Virus record (IMG/VR): IMGVR_UViG_3300049479_000302
Span: 1-53,836 of that record
DNA: 53,836 nucleotides
DNA from: a virus
Lineage: Duplodnaviria; Caudoviricetes
Reading direction: 5' to 3' (one strand)
Each line of letters begins with the position of its first letter. Position 1 is the first letter of the stretch. Shown one piece after another: positions 45,669 through 53,836 of this stretch. Below the pieces are notes generated by a model that saw only the letters and a program-made list of their open reading frames with translations, did not search any database and had not been told where the DNA came from. The translations under genes and the position numbers were made by a program.

Positions 45669-46236
45669 AGCAACCTGCCCACCGTGCAATCAGAACTGCG
45701 AACAAGGCGACCTGTGCCCCAATCGAATTGTTGTTTTTCCAGGGCCCATAACCGATGACGCGTTTGATGATTGGGTTGAATCACTGCGCATACCCGCCCA
45801 AATCGCACGGTCAATTCTCATTGCCGCCGTCCTTTCTGCCTTGTATTTGCTGTTGTCCGGTTGTGCTGCAGTAAAAGCCCCGGAAACAGAACGGGCTTTC
45901 GTTGAAACATCACTGGCCGACACAGCAACCACCACAGTGGCGCTGGGCACCGGCATCGCTTACGAAGCCAATCCAATCGGCTTTGCGGGCGCAACAGCGG
46001 CAAAGGTTGGCCTTTATCTGTATGCCAAAGACCTGCCAGAAGCAGAACAAAAAAGCCTTTACCGCGCCAGCAGCGTGGCGTTCGGTGGAATCAGCGTCAA
46101 CAACCTGTTGGTGATCCTGGGTGCATCAACCCCAGTAAGCCTGATTGGTGGATTGATCGGTGCCATTTACATCAACAGCACACCCGATGAAAAGCAAGCA
46201 GCCACAACAGTAGCCCAAGCCGGAGAACAACCATGA
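45661..46236 (+). CDS. Membrane protein with N-terminal CPPCNQNC.QG..CP motif
   Basis: Hydrophobic segments and an internal LSGC. Confidence 0.65.
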   Translation: MDKATCPPCNQNCEQGDLCPNRIVVFPGPITDDAFDDWVESLRIPAQIARSILIAAVLSALYLLLSGCAAVKAPETERAFVETSLADTATTTVALGTGIAYEANPIGFAGATAAKVGLYLYAKDLPEAEQKSLYRASSVAFGGISVNNLLVILGASTPVSLIGGLIGAIYINSTPDEKQAATTVAQAGEQP

Positions 46237-46487
46237 GCCTAACCCTTGTTAAACCGCCAGTGAAAGAACTCAAACCGCTTGAGCTGGATTTGCTGGCCGA
46301 GCTTGAAGCCGCTCACCTGATCATTGCCAACTCTGTCGGGCTCATGTCCGTACACCAAGCAACCAAATTGGCTGTGGTCAACCAAGACATGGGACTGATC
46401 GATGCAGGCGTAACTCGTCACACCGAACGCCAGGCAGTCATTAACCGTGCAAACGCACAAGTTGCGCCAAATGAGGGATCCGCATGA
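46233..46487 (+). CDS. Hypothetical protein
   Basis: GGAG RBS, coupled. Confidence 0.6.
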   Translation: MSLTLVKPPVKELKPLELDLLAELEAAHLIIANSVGLMSVHQATKLAVVNQDMGLIDAGVTRHTERQAVINRANAQVAPNEGSA

Positions 46488-46757
46488 AAACAACCGGTTA
46501 TTTGATCGCAGTGCTTATTGGCTTCGGAATCGTTGGCCGCATGGACTACGAAGACGAACAGGCCCTAGAAGCTTTCCGCGCTGACTATTCGCCTGAACGC
46601 TGCGAGCCGAAGTCCTGCAAGGAAGTGGCCCAGACAGCAAACGCTGGGGACCAATAAAAGAACTTTGCAACAAGCGCAGCAATTCCGTTGCGACTGTTTT
46701 GGCCCACCAGCGCCATGCAAAGAAAGCTGGATTTTCATCAACTTTAAGGAAACAACC

Positions 46758-47360
46758 ATGAACGCAACTGTAGAAAGCAAACTTTCTGAATTCGACTTCA
46801 TCGCAGTTATTGACGCCTCTGGCTCAATGGGTGAAGAAGACATGCCAGGCGGTAAATCGCGCTGGGAATACATGCAAGAGACAGCAACATCGTTTGTTCG
46901 AGACCTCGAAAAATTCGACAGCGACGGCATTGATGTTGTGCTGTTCGGCGGCCAAGTAACTTCATTCCAGGGCGTAACCACCGACAAGGTAAAAGACGTG
47001 TTCGGTAGCCGTTCCCCACGCGGATCTACCCCACTGGCTGAGGCACTTACAACCGCCCTGCAACTGGCCGGTAAGTCCGACAAGAAAGATTTCATCATCG
47101 TGTTTACTGATGGTGTGCCAGACGACAAAGCAGCTGCAGCCAAGGTAATTGTTGATGCGTCCCACTCACTGGAATCTGACGACGAACTGACCATCCTGTT
47201 TGTTCAAGTTGGTAAGGATGCAGCTGCAACAGCCTACCTGACCGAACTGGACAACACCCTTGCCGGTGCCAAGTTCGACATCGTTGACGCAAAAACCATG
47301 GCCGAAGCTGAGCTGTTCCCCAGCACTACAGCCCTGATCGAAGCCGCAATTAACGACTAA
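46758..47360 (+). CDS. von Willebrand factor A (vWA) domain protein
   Basis: MIDAS DASGSM, GSTPL, FTDG; TAAGGA RBS. Confidence 0.85.
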   Translation: MNATVESKLSEFDFIAVIDASGSMGEEDMPGGKSRWEYMQETATSFVRDLEKFDSDGIDVVLFGGQVTSFQGVTTDKVKDVFGSRSPRGSTPLAEALTTALQLAGKSDKKDFIIVFTDGVPDDKAAAAKVIVDASHSLESDDELTILFVQVGKDAAATAYLTELDNTLAGAKFDIVDAKTMAEAELFPSTTALIEAAIND

Positions 47361-47490
47361 CCCCAACTGAGAGGCCCTTCCGCATGTTGCTCATCAACTT
47401 CACAACCCTGATCGCGCTGTTGCTGCTTGCGTATGCGGCTGGGCTTCTCACCCCCGTAGTTCGTCGATTGATCAAACGGAAAACACAACA

Positions 47491-48348
47491 ATGAACTTCA
47501 CCGCCGAAAACCACCAGTATCTGGCTGAACGCCTGGCTTCGGTCGTGGCCCACAAGCCACCAGTGAGACTGCGTGCATCGAGCGTTGGGGATCTGTTTGA
47601 CTGCCCCGACCGATGGATAGCAGTGCACATCGAAGGCTTGCGTGTTGCTCAAAACTTCCGCGCCACCATGGGCACCGCAATACACGCTGGAACCGCGTAC
47701 TTTGATACCGAAGTACTTAATGGCCAAACGCCCAGCCTCATGGCAGCCACTGAGTGCACCGCAGAAACCCTGCGCAACAGCGAAGAAGACACTGTTTGGG
47801 ACATGAAACGCGATCAGGCAGAAAGCATAGCCGTTGCGCTTACCCATAAATATTGCACACAGGAAAGCCCGAAGCATCACTTCACCGCCGTTGAAAAAAC
47901 CTGTGAAAGCCTGGTGCTTTCCGATGTGGGTATTGAGTTAACAGGCAGCGTTGATCGTATTCGAGAAGTCGGCAACAAGCACGGCCCAGCAGACTTAAAA
48001 AGCGGTGTTCAGGCTGTCAACAGCGAAGGCCAAGCCAAAACACAGGCCCATGCTCCACAGCTGGGCGTGTACAGCCTGTTAGGTGAAGTCAGCACCGGCA
48101 AACCCATGGAATTGCCTTCATTGGTCATCGGCATGCAGACAGCCAAGACCCGCGAAAACCAGCGCATCGCATCAACAGAAGTGCACGGCGTTCGTGAAGT
48201 ACTCCTAGGCGACGACACACGCCCCGGCCTCCTGTTCAACGCCGCCTTGATGATCCATGGCGTGATCCCGCCATACGGCAACCCGCGCAGCATGCTCTGC
48301 CACCAGAAATTCTGCCCCCGATTTAATAACTGCTTTTGGAGAAAGTAA
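47491..48348 (+). CDS. PD-(D/E)XK exonuclease (RecB/Cas4-like), RecT partner
   Basis: GTAIH, LTGSVD, DLKSG, QLGVY, terminal Cys cluster. Confidence 0.85.
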   Translation: MNFTAENHQYLAERLASVVAHKPPVRLRASSVGDLFDCPDRWIAVHIEGLRVAQNFRATMGTAIHAGTAYFDTEVLNGQTPSLMAATECTAETLRNSEEDTVWDMKRDQAESIAVALTHKYCTQESPKHHFTAVEKTCESLVLSDVGIELTGSVDRIREVGNKHGPADLKSGVQAVNSEGQAKTQAHAPQLGVYSLLGEVSTGKPMELPSLVIGMQTAKTRENQRIASTEVHGVREVLLGDDTRPGLLFNAALMIHGVIPPYGNPRSMLCHQKFCPRFNNCFWRK

Positions 48349-48351
48349 TCA

Positions 48352-49401
48352 ATGAACACCACCACTCAAACCAACACCACCGACTTGGCCAAGGTACGCG
48401 AACAAAACGCCGTAGCCAACATGAAACCCAAAGAAAAGGTGGCTTACTTCCTGCGCCAGAAACAAGGCGAGATTGCCAAGATGTTACCCCGGCAAATGAA
48501 CGCCGAGCGCCTATTGAAGGTTGCTCAGATTGCAGCCACCACCACCCCAGCACTTGCTGAATGTGATGTACCCAGCCTTGTAGGTGCCATCGGCCAGTGT
48601 GCACAAATGGGCCTTGAACCAAACACCGTACTTGGCCATGCGTACCTGGTGCCATTCAACACCAAGCGCAAAGACGCCCAGGGCAATGAACGTTGGGTGA
48701 AATCGGTGCAGGTGATCATCGGTTACAAGGGCCTGATTGACCTTGCCCGCCGTTCCGGCCAGATCGTTTCAATCGCAGCCCACGAGGTGTGCGCAAACGA
48801 CAAGTTCGAGCTGGTGTATGGCCTCGATGAAAAGCTGAACCACATCCCGGCGATGCAAGACCGTGGCGGCGTGATCGGTTTCTATGCCGTGGCCAAGCTG
48901 AAAGACGGAGGTCACTGCTTCGAATTCATGAGCACGCAGCAAGTGACAGAAATCATGAAGGCCACGCAGAGTAAAGGCGCTTATGGCCCTTGGAAAGACA
49001 ACTTCGTGGAGATGGGCCGCAAGACAGTGATTCGCCGCTTGGCCAAGTACCTGCCCTTGTCAATTGAATTTCAAACAGCCGCCGCGCTCGATGGCATGGC
49101 CGATGGTGGGAAGGATCAACACCTGGATGAAGCCTTTGAAGGCGAATACAACATCATCCCGGACGATCAACCACAACTTGGCTCGGTTGATGAATCAATT
49201 AACCAATCAACTGGCGAAATTACCCAACAGCCTGCTCAAGCTGAAAGTAAACCCTCAGCGCCTGAAATGACCGCCGAGGAAAAAGCCGCCATTGCAGCCA
49301 AAGAGCAGGCCGAAGCCGAAGCCGCCGAACAAGGCCAAGCCGAGCAAACCACCAGAACCGCGCGCACACCACGTGCACGGCCTCAAACCAGCATCGAGTA
49401 A
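48352..49401 (+). CDS. recT: RecT single-strand annealing protein
   Basis: GLEP...GHAYLVPF, IGYKGLIDLARRSG, EMGRKTVIRRL.KYLP.S. Confidence 0.95.
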   Translation: MNTTTQTNTTDLAKVREQNAVANMKPKEKVAYFLRQKQGEIAKMLPRQMNAERLLKVAQIAATTTPALAECDVPSLVGAIGQCAQMGLEPNTVLGHAYLVPFNTKRKDAQGNERWVKSVQVIIGYKGLIDLARRSGQIVSIAAHEVCANDKFELVYGLDEKLNHIPAMQDRGGVIGFYAVAKLKDGGHCFEFMSTQQVTEIMKATQSKGAYGPWKDNFVEMGRKTVIRRLAKYLPLSIEFQTAAALDGMADGGKDQHLDEAFEGEYNIIPDDQPQLGSVDESINQSTGEITQQPAQAESKPSAPEMTAEEKAAIAAKEQAEAEAAEQGQAEQTTRTARTPRARPQTSIE

Positions 49402-49406
49402 GCGAC

Positions 49407-49601
49407 ATGAGCCAAGTACAGGACATCTATAAAGATTCTGAATTTGAAGTACTGCTTGATGACGCTCAAATGAACGCAGCCAACGACTGGGAAGAAACCT
49501 TCGTATCTGACCTGGCTGAAAAATTCGGAAAGTTTGGGCGGCGCATGTATCTCAGCGAATCCCAGAAAGAACACCTTGAACGCATTGCCAACGACAACTA
49601 A
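49407..49601 (+). CDS. Small hypothetical protein
   Basis: WEETFVSD...LSESQ...L. Confidence 0.65.
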   Translation: MSQVQDIYKDSEFEVLLDDAQMNAANDWEETFVSDLAEKFGKFGRRMYLSESQKEHLERIANDN

Positions 49602-49619
49602 CTGAACAGGAAAAAGACA

Positions 49620-50690
49620 ATGAACGAACAAATGAAAGAAACCCTGAACATGACTGCCCAGAGTATTGGTAAAGACCTGCTCAGTGGCTTGGTGCAGGAA
49701 ATCAGACTGCTGCCCGATGTGTGGGTCAAGATCCCCAAGGCGAAGCAAGACGACATCATCGAGCGCCTACGCAAGCGGGTAGACACAAACGTGCGCATGG
49801 CAGTGCACCTGGTTGCATCCGAAGGCCGTACCGTCGTGGCCGGTGACCTGGAACAAATCACGATTAAGGATGGAGTGAAAGCAGTCTGTAAATTCAGCCA
49901 GCACGCACCTAACCTGCATGAAATGTTCGACGCCGCTGGCAAGGCAATTTTGTTGGTAGTGGCCAACCCCACCGACCACACAGGCGGCATGGACGAAATC
50001 AAAGGTGAAAGTGATCAACGCGCCATGGATTTGGGCAAGGAATACAACCCCAACGGCGACGGTGAAGGCATGGATGAAGGTCATGTGGTGGACGCCGAAT
50101 TCACCGAAGCCCCGCAACTTGGACATGAGCCATCAGAGAAGGAACGAGGTGAACAATTCTTGGCAGGCTATGAGGCCGCAGCTGATGGCCAACCCGAGGC
50201 CAATTGCCCTGTTATGCACGGCAAGCTTTGTATTGCATGGGTGAAGGGTTGGAAGCACTGGCATGAAAGACAAGCATCAGAAGCTGCGCCCTCGCCCTTG
50301 AAATCAATGAGTGGCGAAGAGCCAAATGAGCACGGTTTTTACACATGCGAGCCCACGAACACCATTGAATTCAAGGCAAGAAATGTTGACCTAAAACTGC
50401 AATTCCTTGAGCTGGAAAACGGTTGCTGGATATGGAGCAAGTCAATAGAGGTTGGCACTTCTTTTCAAAGCAGCCCGCTCAGCGCATTAAAAGTTAAGTT
50501 TCAATCGCGCAATGAGGCGCTTTTGAATAGCCAAACATGGCTGCAAAACCACTTCAGCAATCAACCTAGGCCGGAAGGAATTACGTCAGCAGCGTTTGAA
50601 AAGCTGGCCATGTTCGTAGGTAACCTGCACAACCACAAGTTCGAGCAAGCCAGCAACAACCAAGACCAATCTGCAACTGAGGAGGCCTAA
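49620..50690 (+). CDS. Hypothetical protein with Rmf-like GY.A...CP...W..GW module
   Basis: 356 aa; motif recognition. Confidence 0.65.
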   Translation: MNEQMKETLNMTAQSIGKDLLSGLVQEIRLLPDVWVKIPKAKQDDIIERLRKRVDTNVRMAVHLVASEGRTVVAGDLEQITIKDGVKAVCKFSQHAPNLHEMFDAAGKAILLVVANPTDHTGGMDEIKGESDQRAMDLGKEYNPNGDGEGMDEGHVVDAEFTEAPQLGHEPSEKERGEQFLAGYEAAADGQPEANCPVMHGKLCIAWVKGWKHWHERQASEAAPSPLKSMSGEEPNEHGFYTCEPTNTIEFKARNVDLKLQFLELENGCWIWSKSIEVGTSFQSSPLSALKVKFQSRNEALLNSQTWLQNHFSNQPRPEGITSAAFEKLAMFVGNLHNHKFEQASNNQDQSATEEA

Positions 50691-50693
50691 AGT

Positions 50694-50978
50694 ATGAAGA
50701 TCATTGCGTCTACGTACCGTGACAATTTCTTGTGCGAAGTAAGTGCTGATGAAATTGCAAAAATCGCAGGCTATTCCTACACGACAAGTATGCCAAATGG
50801 CTCTAGGTTGGAGGTTGGCCAAACAATTCAGGTTTCGAAGCTTTGGGATGCGCTCAGTTTTGTTCGCGATAGAAAAGATGAAGTCGCCAAGTGTGCAGCT
50901 CAGCTGAAAACAATTTCTACTCGCTTGAATTCGGTAAACGAAACTCTGGCCCAGCCAATTATCGAGGTGAAAAAATGA
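50694..50978 (+). CDS. Hypothetical protein
   Basis: GGAGG RBS. Confidence 0.6.
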   Translation: MKIIASTYRDNFLCEVSADEIAKIAGYSYTTSMPNGSRLEVGQTIQVSKLWDALSFVRDRKDEVAKCAAQLKTISTRLNSVNETLAQPIIEVKK

Positions 50979-52762
50979 GACTCAACTCAATCGCTGTATC
51001 AAACTTTCTGCGCATCAAAAGCGCAAACATCGTATTCACCCACCCCGTGGTGCTGGTGGCAGGCCCCAACGGAAACGGCAAATCATCACTTGCCGAAGCG
51101 GTGAGAATGGCATTCACCGAAACGCCCACCCGCGTGTCAATGAAGAAGGACTATAAAAAACTGGTGCACGATGGTGAGAAGGTCGGCTCAATCGTCATCA
51201 GCCACAGCCAGGGTGAAACATCCTTTGTAGTGCCCAAAGCGGAAGGTGAGGGCCAAATCACATTGGGCGCCATGCCCTTCTGCCTCGATGCAAACCTGTT
51301 TGCCCGGCTGGGCGCGCAGGAACGCCGCGAGTTTTTACTCAAGCTGATGGGTGTAAAGCTGACACCCAAGTTTGTTATCGACGCCCTCATCACACGTGGA
51401 GTAGACAAAGAAAAGGCTGACCAGGTGGTGCCACTGCTTGCCGCCGGTATTTCCAGCGCACAGACAGAAGCCCAGGCCAAGGCGCGTGATGCAAAGGTGA
51501 CATGGAAAAACGCCACCGGCGAAAACTACGGCAGCGAAAAGGCCGAGGGCTGGAAAGCAACGGTGCCGGAATTTGATCAGGACAAGATCAACGTTTTGAC
51601 CGCAAGCATTGAGGATCTACAAAAGCAAATTGACGAAACCAATCAGCAGCTGGGCGCGGTCAAGTCACCAGGTGGCGACCTTGCAGACTTAGAACAACAA
51701 CTTGGCCAAGCCCGCGAGAAAGGCACTCAATACGCCCGCATTCAGGACAAGTTACACATCGACGAAGGCCAGTTGGTTGAGTGGCAAGAAAAAGTTGCAC
51801 AGGCCAAAGCGGCTGCCAGTGGCAAGCGTGAGGGGTTGATTCACGAGATGGCTTTCGCGCTGGCTGGGTTGACCAACGAGCAGCAGCCTTTGGGTGCCGA
51901 ACGTGAGACGTACAAAAAAGCAATCGAAGTGCTGTGCGAATATGAAGACCACCACGGCCCCATTGAACAGCAATTCAACGCCGCCTTGGCTGCCAAGCTG
52001 CCCGAGTATGAAAAGGCTTTGGGGTTGATTCAAAACAGCGTCAACAACGGCAAGCGCGACTTGGCCAACGCTGATGCAGCCGCACAGCTGGCGATTCAGC
52101 TTGAAGAAAAAATTGCCTTGGCGAAAGACAGTCAGGCGCAGGTTGAACAGGCTGCCAAGCTGAACACCCAGCTTACTGAATTGCGAGCCGAACTCAAAAC
52201 AAAAAATGACGCACGTAACGCCGAGTGTGAGAAACAGCGGCAAGCCGACCAAGCCACCTTGCGTACCGAGAAAGCCACCGCCGCCCATGAAGACGTCAAA
52301 GCATGGGAAGCCATCAGCAGCGCATTGAAGCCGGACGGTATCCCCAGTGAGCTGCTTGGCGCTGCATTGGAGCCATTCAACAGCATGCTGACTGAGTTCA
52401 GCGAGATTGCACAGTGGCCAGCGCTGAAACTGCACGACGACATGAGCATCACATTCGGTGGCCACGAATACGCGCTGTGTGGTGAAAGCCACCAGTGGCG
52501 AGTAGACACCCTAATCACCTGTGCAATCGCTGCAATCAGCGGCATCAAGTTTGTTGTGCTTGATCGCTTCGACTGTCTGGACATGCAAGGCCGAGCCGAC
52601 GCGCTGGCGCTGATCGATGACCTGATCGCCAACGCTGACCTTGAATGCGCCTTGGTGCTTGCCACGCTCAAGAGCAAGCCCACAGGCCTGCCCGACCACG
52701 TGCAGGCCGAGTGGATTGAAAATGGTGTGGTGCAGTCCGCAGCTGAGCAGGTGGCGGCATGA
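50975..52762 (+). CDS. SMC/Rad50-like ATPase
   Basis: Walker A GPNGNGKS, long coiled coil, degenerate Walker B VVLDRFD. Confidence 0.85.
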   Translation: MRLNSIAVSNFLRIKSANIVFTHPVVLVAGPNGNGKSSLAEAVRMAFTETPTRVSMKKDYKKLVHDGEKVGSIVISHSQGETSFVVPKAEGEGQITLGAMPFCLDANLFARLGAQERREFLLKLMGVKLTPKFVIDALITRGVDKEKADQVVPLLAAGISSAQTEAQAKARDAKVTWKNATGENYGSEKAEGWKATVPEFDQDKINVLTASIEDLQKQIDETNQQLGAVKSPGGDLADLEQQLGQAREKGTQYARIQDKLHIDEGQLVEWQEKVAQAKAAASGKREGLIHEMAFALAGLTNEQQPLGAERETYKKAIEVLCEYEDHHGPIEQQFNAALAAKLPEYEKALGLIQNSVNNGKRDLANADAAAQLAIQLEEKIALAKDSQAQVEQAAKLNTQLTELRAELKTKNDARNAECEKQRQADQATLRTEKATAAHEDVKAWEAISSALKPDGIPSELLGAALEPFNSMLTEFSEIAQWPALKLHDDMSITFGGHEYALCGESHQWRVDTLITCAIAAISGIKFVVLDRFDCLDMQGRADALALIDDLIANADLECALVLATLKSKPTGLPDHVQAEWIENGVVQSAAEQVAA

Positions 52763-53019
52763 CATACCTTGCACAGGTCATTCGCCCTGCGCCCTGCTGC
52801 GGAAGTACCAAATGCATAGGCCGGGTGTTGGAAGTAATCAGAACGGAAACGCCTTCCATGCTTTTACTTTGTACAATTTGCTTTTCGCCAATACCAGACG
52901 GTTCGTCTTGCGTCGTTACTCCTAAGGGCGAATACATGCTCACTTCACGGGTCAAACGCTTGCCACCGCCCGAGGAAGAGCCCATCAATCTGGCTGTCAG
53001 CGAGGAGGTTGAAGCGTGA
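52759..53019 (+). CDS. Small Cys-rich hypothetical protein
   Basis: Coupled; RVKRLPP motif. Confidence 0.6.
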   Translation: MTYLAQVIRPAPCCGSTKCIGRVLEVIRTETPSMLLLCTICFSPIPDGSSCVVTPKGEYMLTSRVKRLPPPEEEPINLAVSEEVEA

Positions 53020-53669
53020 TTGACTTCCAAAAGCTGGCTGAGACAGCCGAGTATCACATCAAGCGCGGAGACAACATGAGCATGGACCCAACAGTGGTTC
53101 GGCAAATGGCCGTGCGCCTGATTGAGCGTGACGAAAAGGTAGCCGAGCCAGCACAGGAGGCGGTGGCATTTCTTTGTGAATGGGAAGGTTGGCAGCAATA
53201 TCACGATAAAACAGACCCCTTGCCAGAGCAATGGGATGACGCACCCTTGAAGGTCACGCCACTCTACACCACGCCCCAACCCACACCACTTGTAAGATTG
53301 ACGGAGGATGAACTTGGAGATTTGTTTGGTGAAGATGAATACAAAGATTGTTGGCGCGTTGTCAAGAACGAAGACGGCACTGTTAAGGGTGTTGCGTTTA
53401 ATCAAGAGTGGCAGCACAAGTTTTACGTACGGTGCATGGACGCAATGCAAGCCAAGGCACTGGCTATTTCCATTTTGGAAACAACCACACAACCCGACTC
53501 AGTGAATGAGCGGCTTTTGTCCGCAGCTGAAAAATATTTCACAGGCTATTGTCAAGACGAGGCTTCAGATTTCGGCGTAGAAGACACCGGGTGCACGGAC
53601 GATCAACACAAAGACGCAGCCGAGTTACGGGACGCAATCGCAGCCGCAAAAGCGGCGAGGGGCGGATGA
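53016..53669 (+). CDS. Mosaic early hypothetical protein
   Basis: GAGG RBS; PAQEAVA and PLYTTPQP linkers. Confidence 0.7.
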   Translation: MIDFQKLAETAEYHIKRGDNMSMDPTVVRQMAVRLIERDEKVAEPAQEAVAFLCEWEGWQQYHDKTDPLPEQWDDAPLKVTPLYTTPQPTPLVRLTEDELGDLFGEDEYKDCWRVVKNEDGTVKGVAFNQEWQHKFYVRCMDAMQAKALAISILETTTQPDSVNERLLSAAEKYFTGYCQDEASDFGVEDTGCTDDQHKDAAELRDAIAAAKAARGG

Positions 53670-53696
53670 TGGAACCCAAGCACGTTTTATTTGCAA

Positions 53697-53836
53697 TTTT
53701 GGCCACTGCATGGGTTGTGGTTTTTTCAAGCCTTGCGCTTATTGGGGTTTAAAACAATGAACATAGAACAGAAATTGCGTGATCACTTACGTGAAGTTTT
53801 GGAGTATTGCGAGCAACTTGGCTACGAACTTGGGTT
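53697..53836. repeat. Terminal direct repeat, right copy
   Basis: Matches 1-140 at 139/140 positions. Confidence 0.95.

Larger units (their letters stand above)
1..53836. mobile_element. Complete temperate tailed phage genome (podovirus-like)
   Basis: Integrase/attP, cI/cro switch, terminase, portal, capsid, lysis and ejection genes; no tape measure or sheath gene recognised; terminal overlap. Confidence 0.95.

Noticed and set aside
47491-48348. Cas4 implying a CRISPR-Cas system
   Set aside because: No array or other cas genes; adjacency to recT indicates a recombination exonuclease

Overview
This window is an apparently complete, circularly assembled ~53.7 kb temperate tailed phage genome. 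Positions 1-140 repeat at 53697-53836 with one mismatch. The architecture is podovirus-like, and a Betaproteobacteria host is inferred but not shown. Plus strand: cI with an AT-rich accessory block, an early/recombination arm (vWA protein, PD-(D/E)XK nuclease, RecT, SMC-like ATPase), xis, an attP resembling a tRNA-Arg 3' end, and a tyrosine integrase. Minus strand: cro, cII, DNA methylase, replication genes, a Tad2/DUF2829-like gene, terS/terL, portal, lysis cassette, N4-gp56-type capsid, short-tail genes, ejection proteins and a 3237-aa polyvalent protein. Main observations: (1) a small lipoprotein in the cI-linked block carries a near-exact copy of the tandem N-terminal motif of the phage's own giant virion protein, suggesting decoy-type superinfection exclusion; (2) an unannotated Fst/Ldr-like peptide with an opposite-strand sRNA is a candidate type I toxin-antitoxin pair; (3) a 15-bp motif recurs in six late-gene intergenic gaps and likely marks activator-dependent promoters; (4) F(S/Q)R motifs sit at module boundaries of the polyvalent protein; (5) the integrase has Ser in place of its first catalytic Arg. 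All family assignments come from motif recognition by eye, with no database searches.
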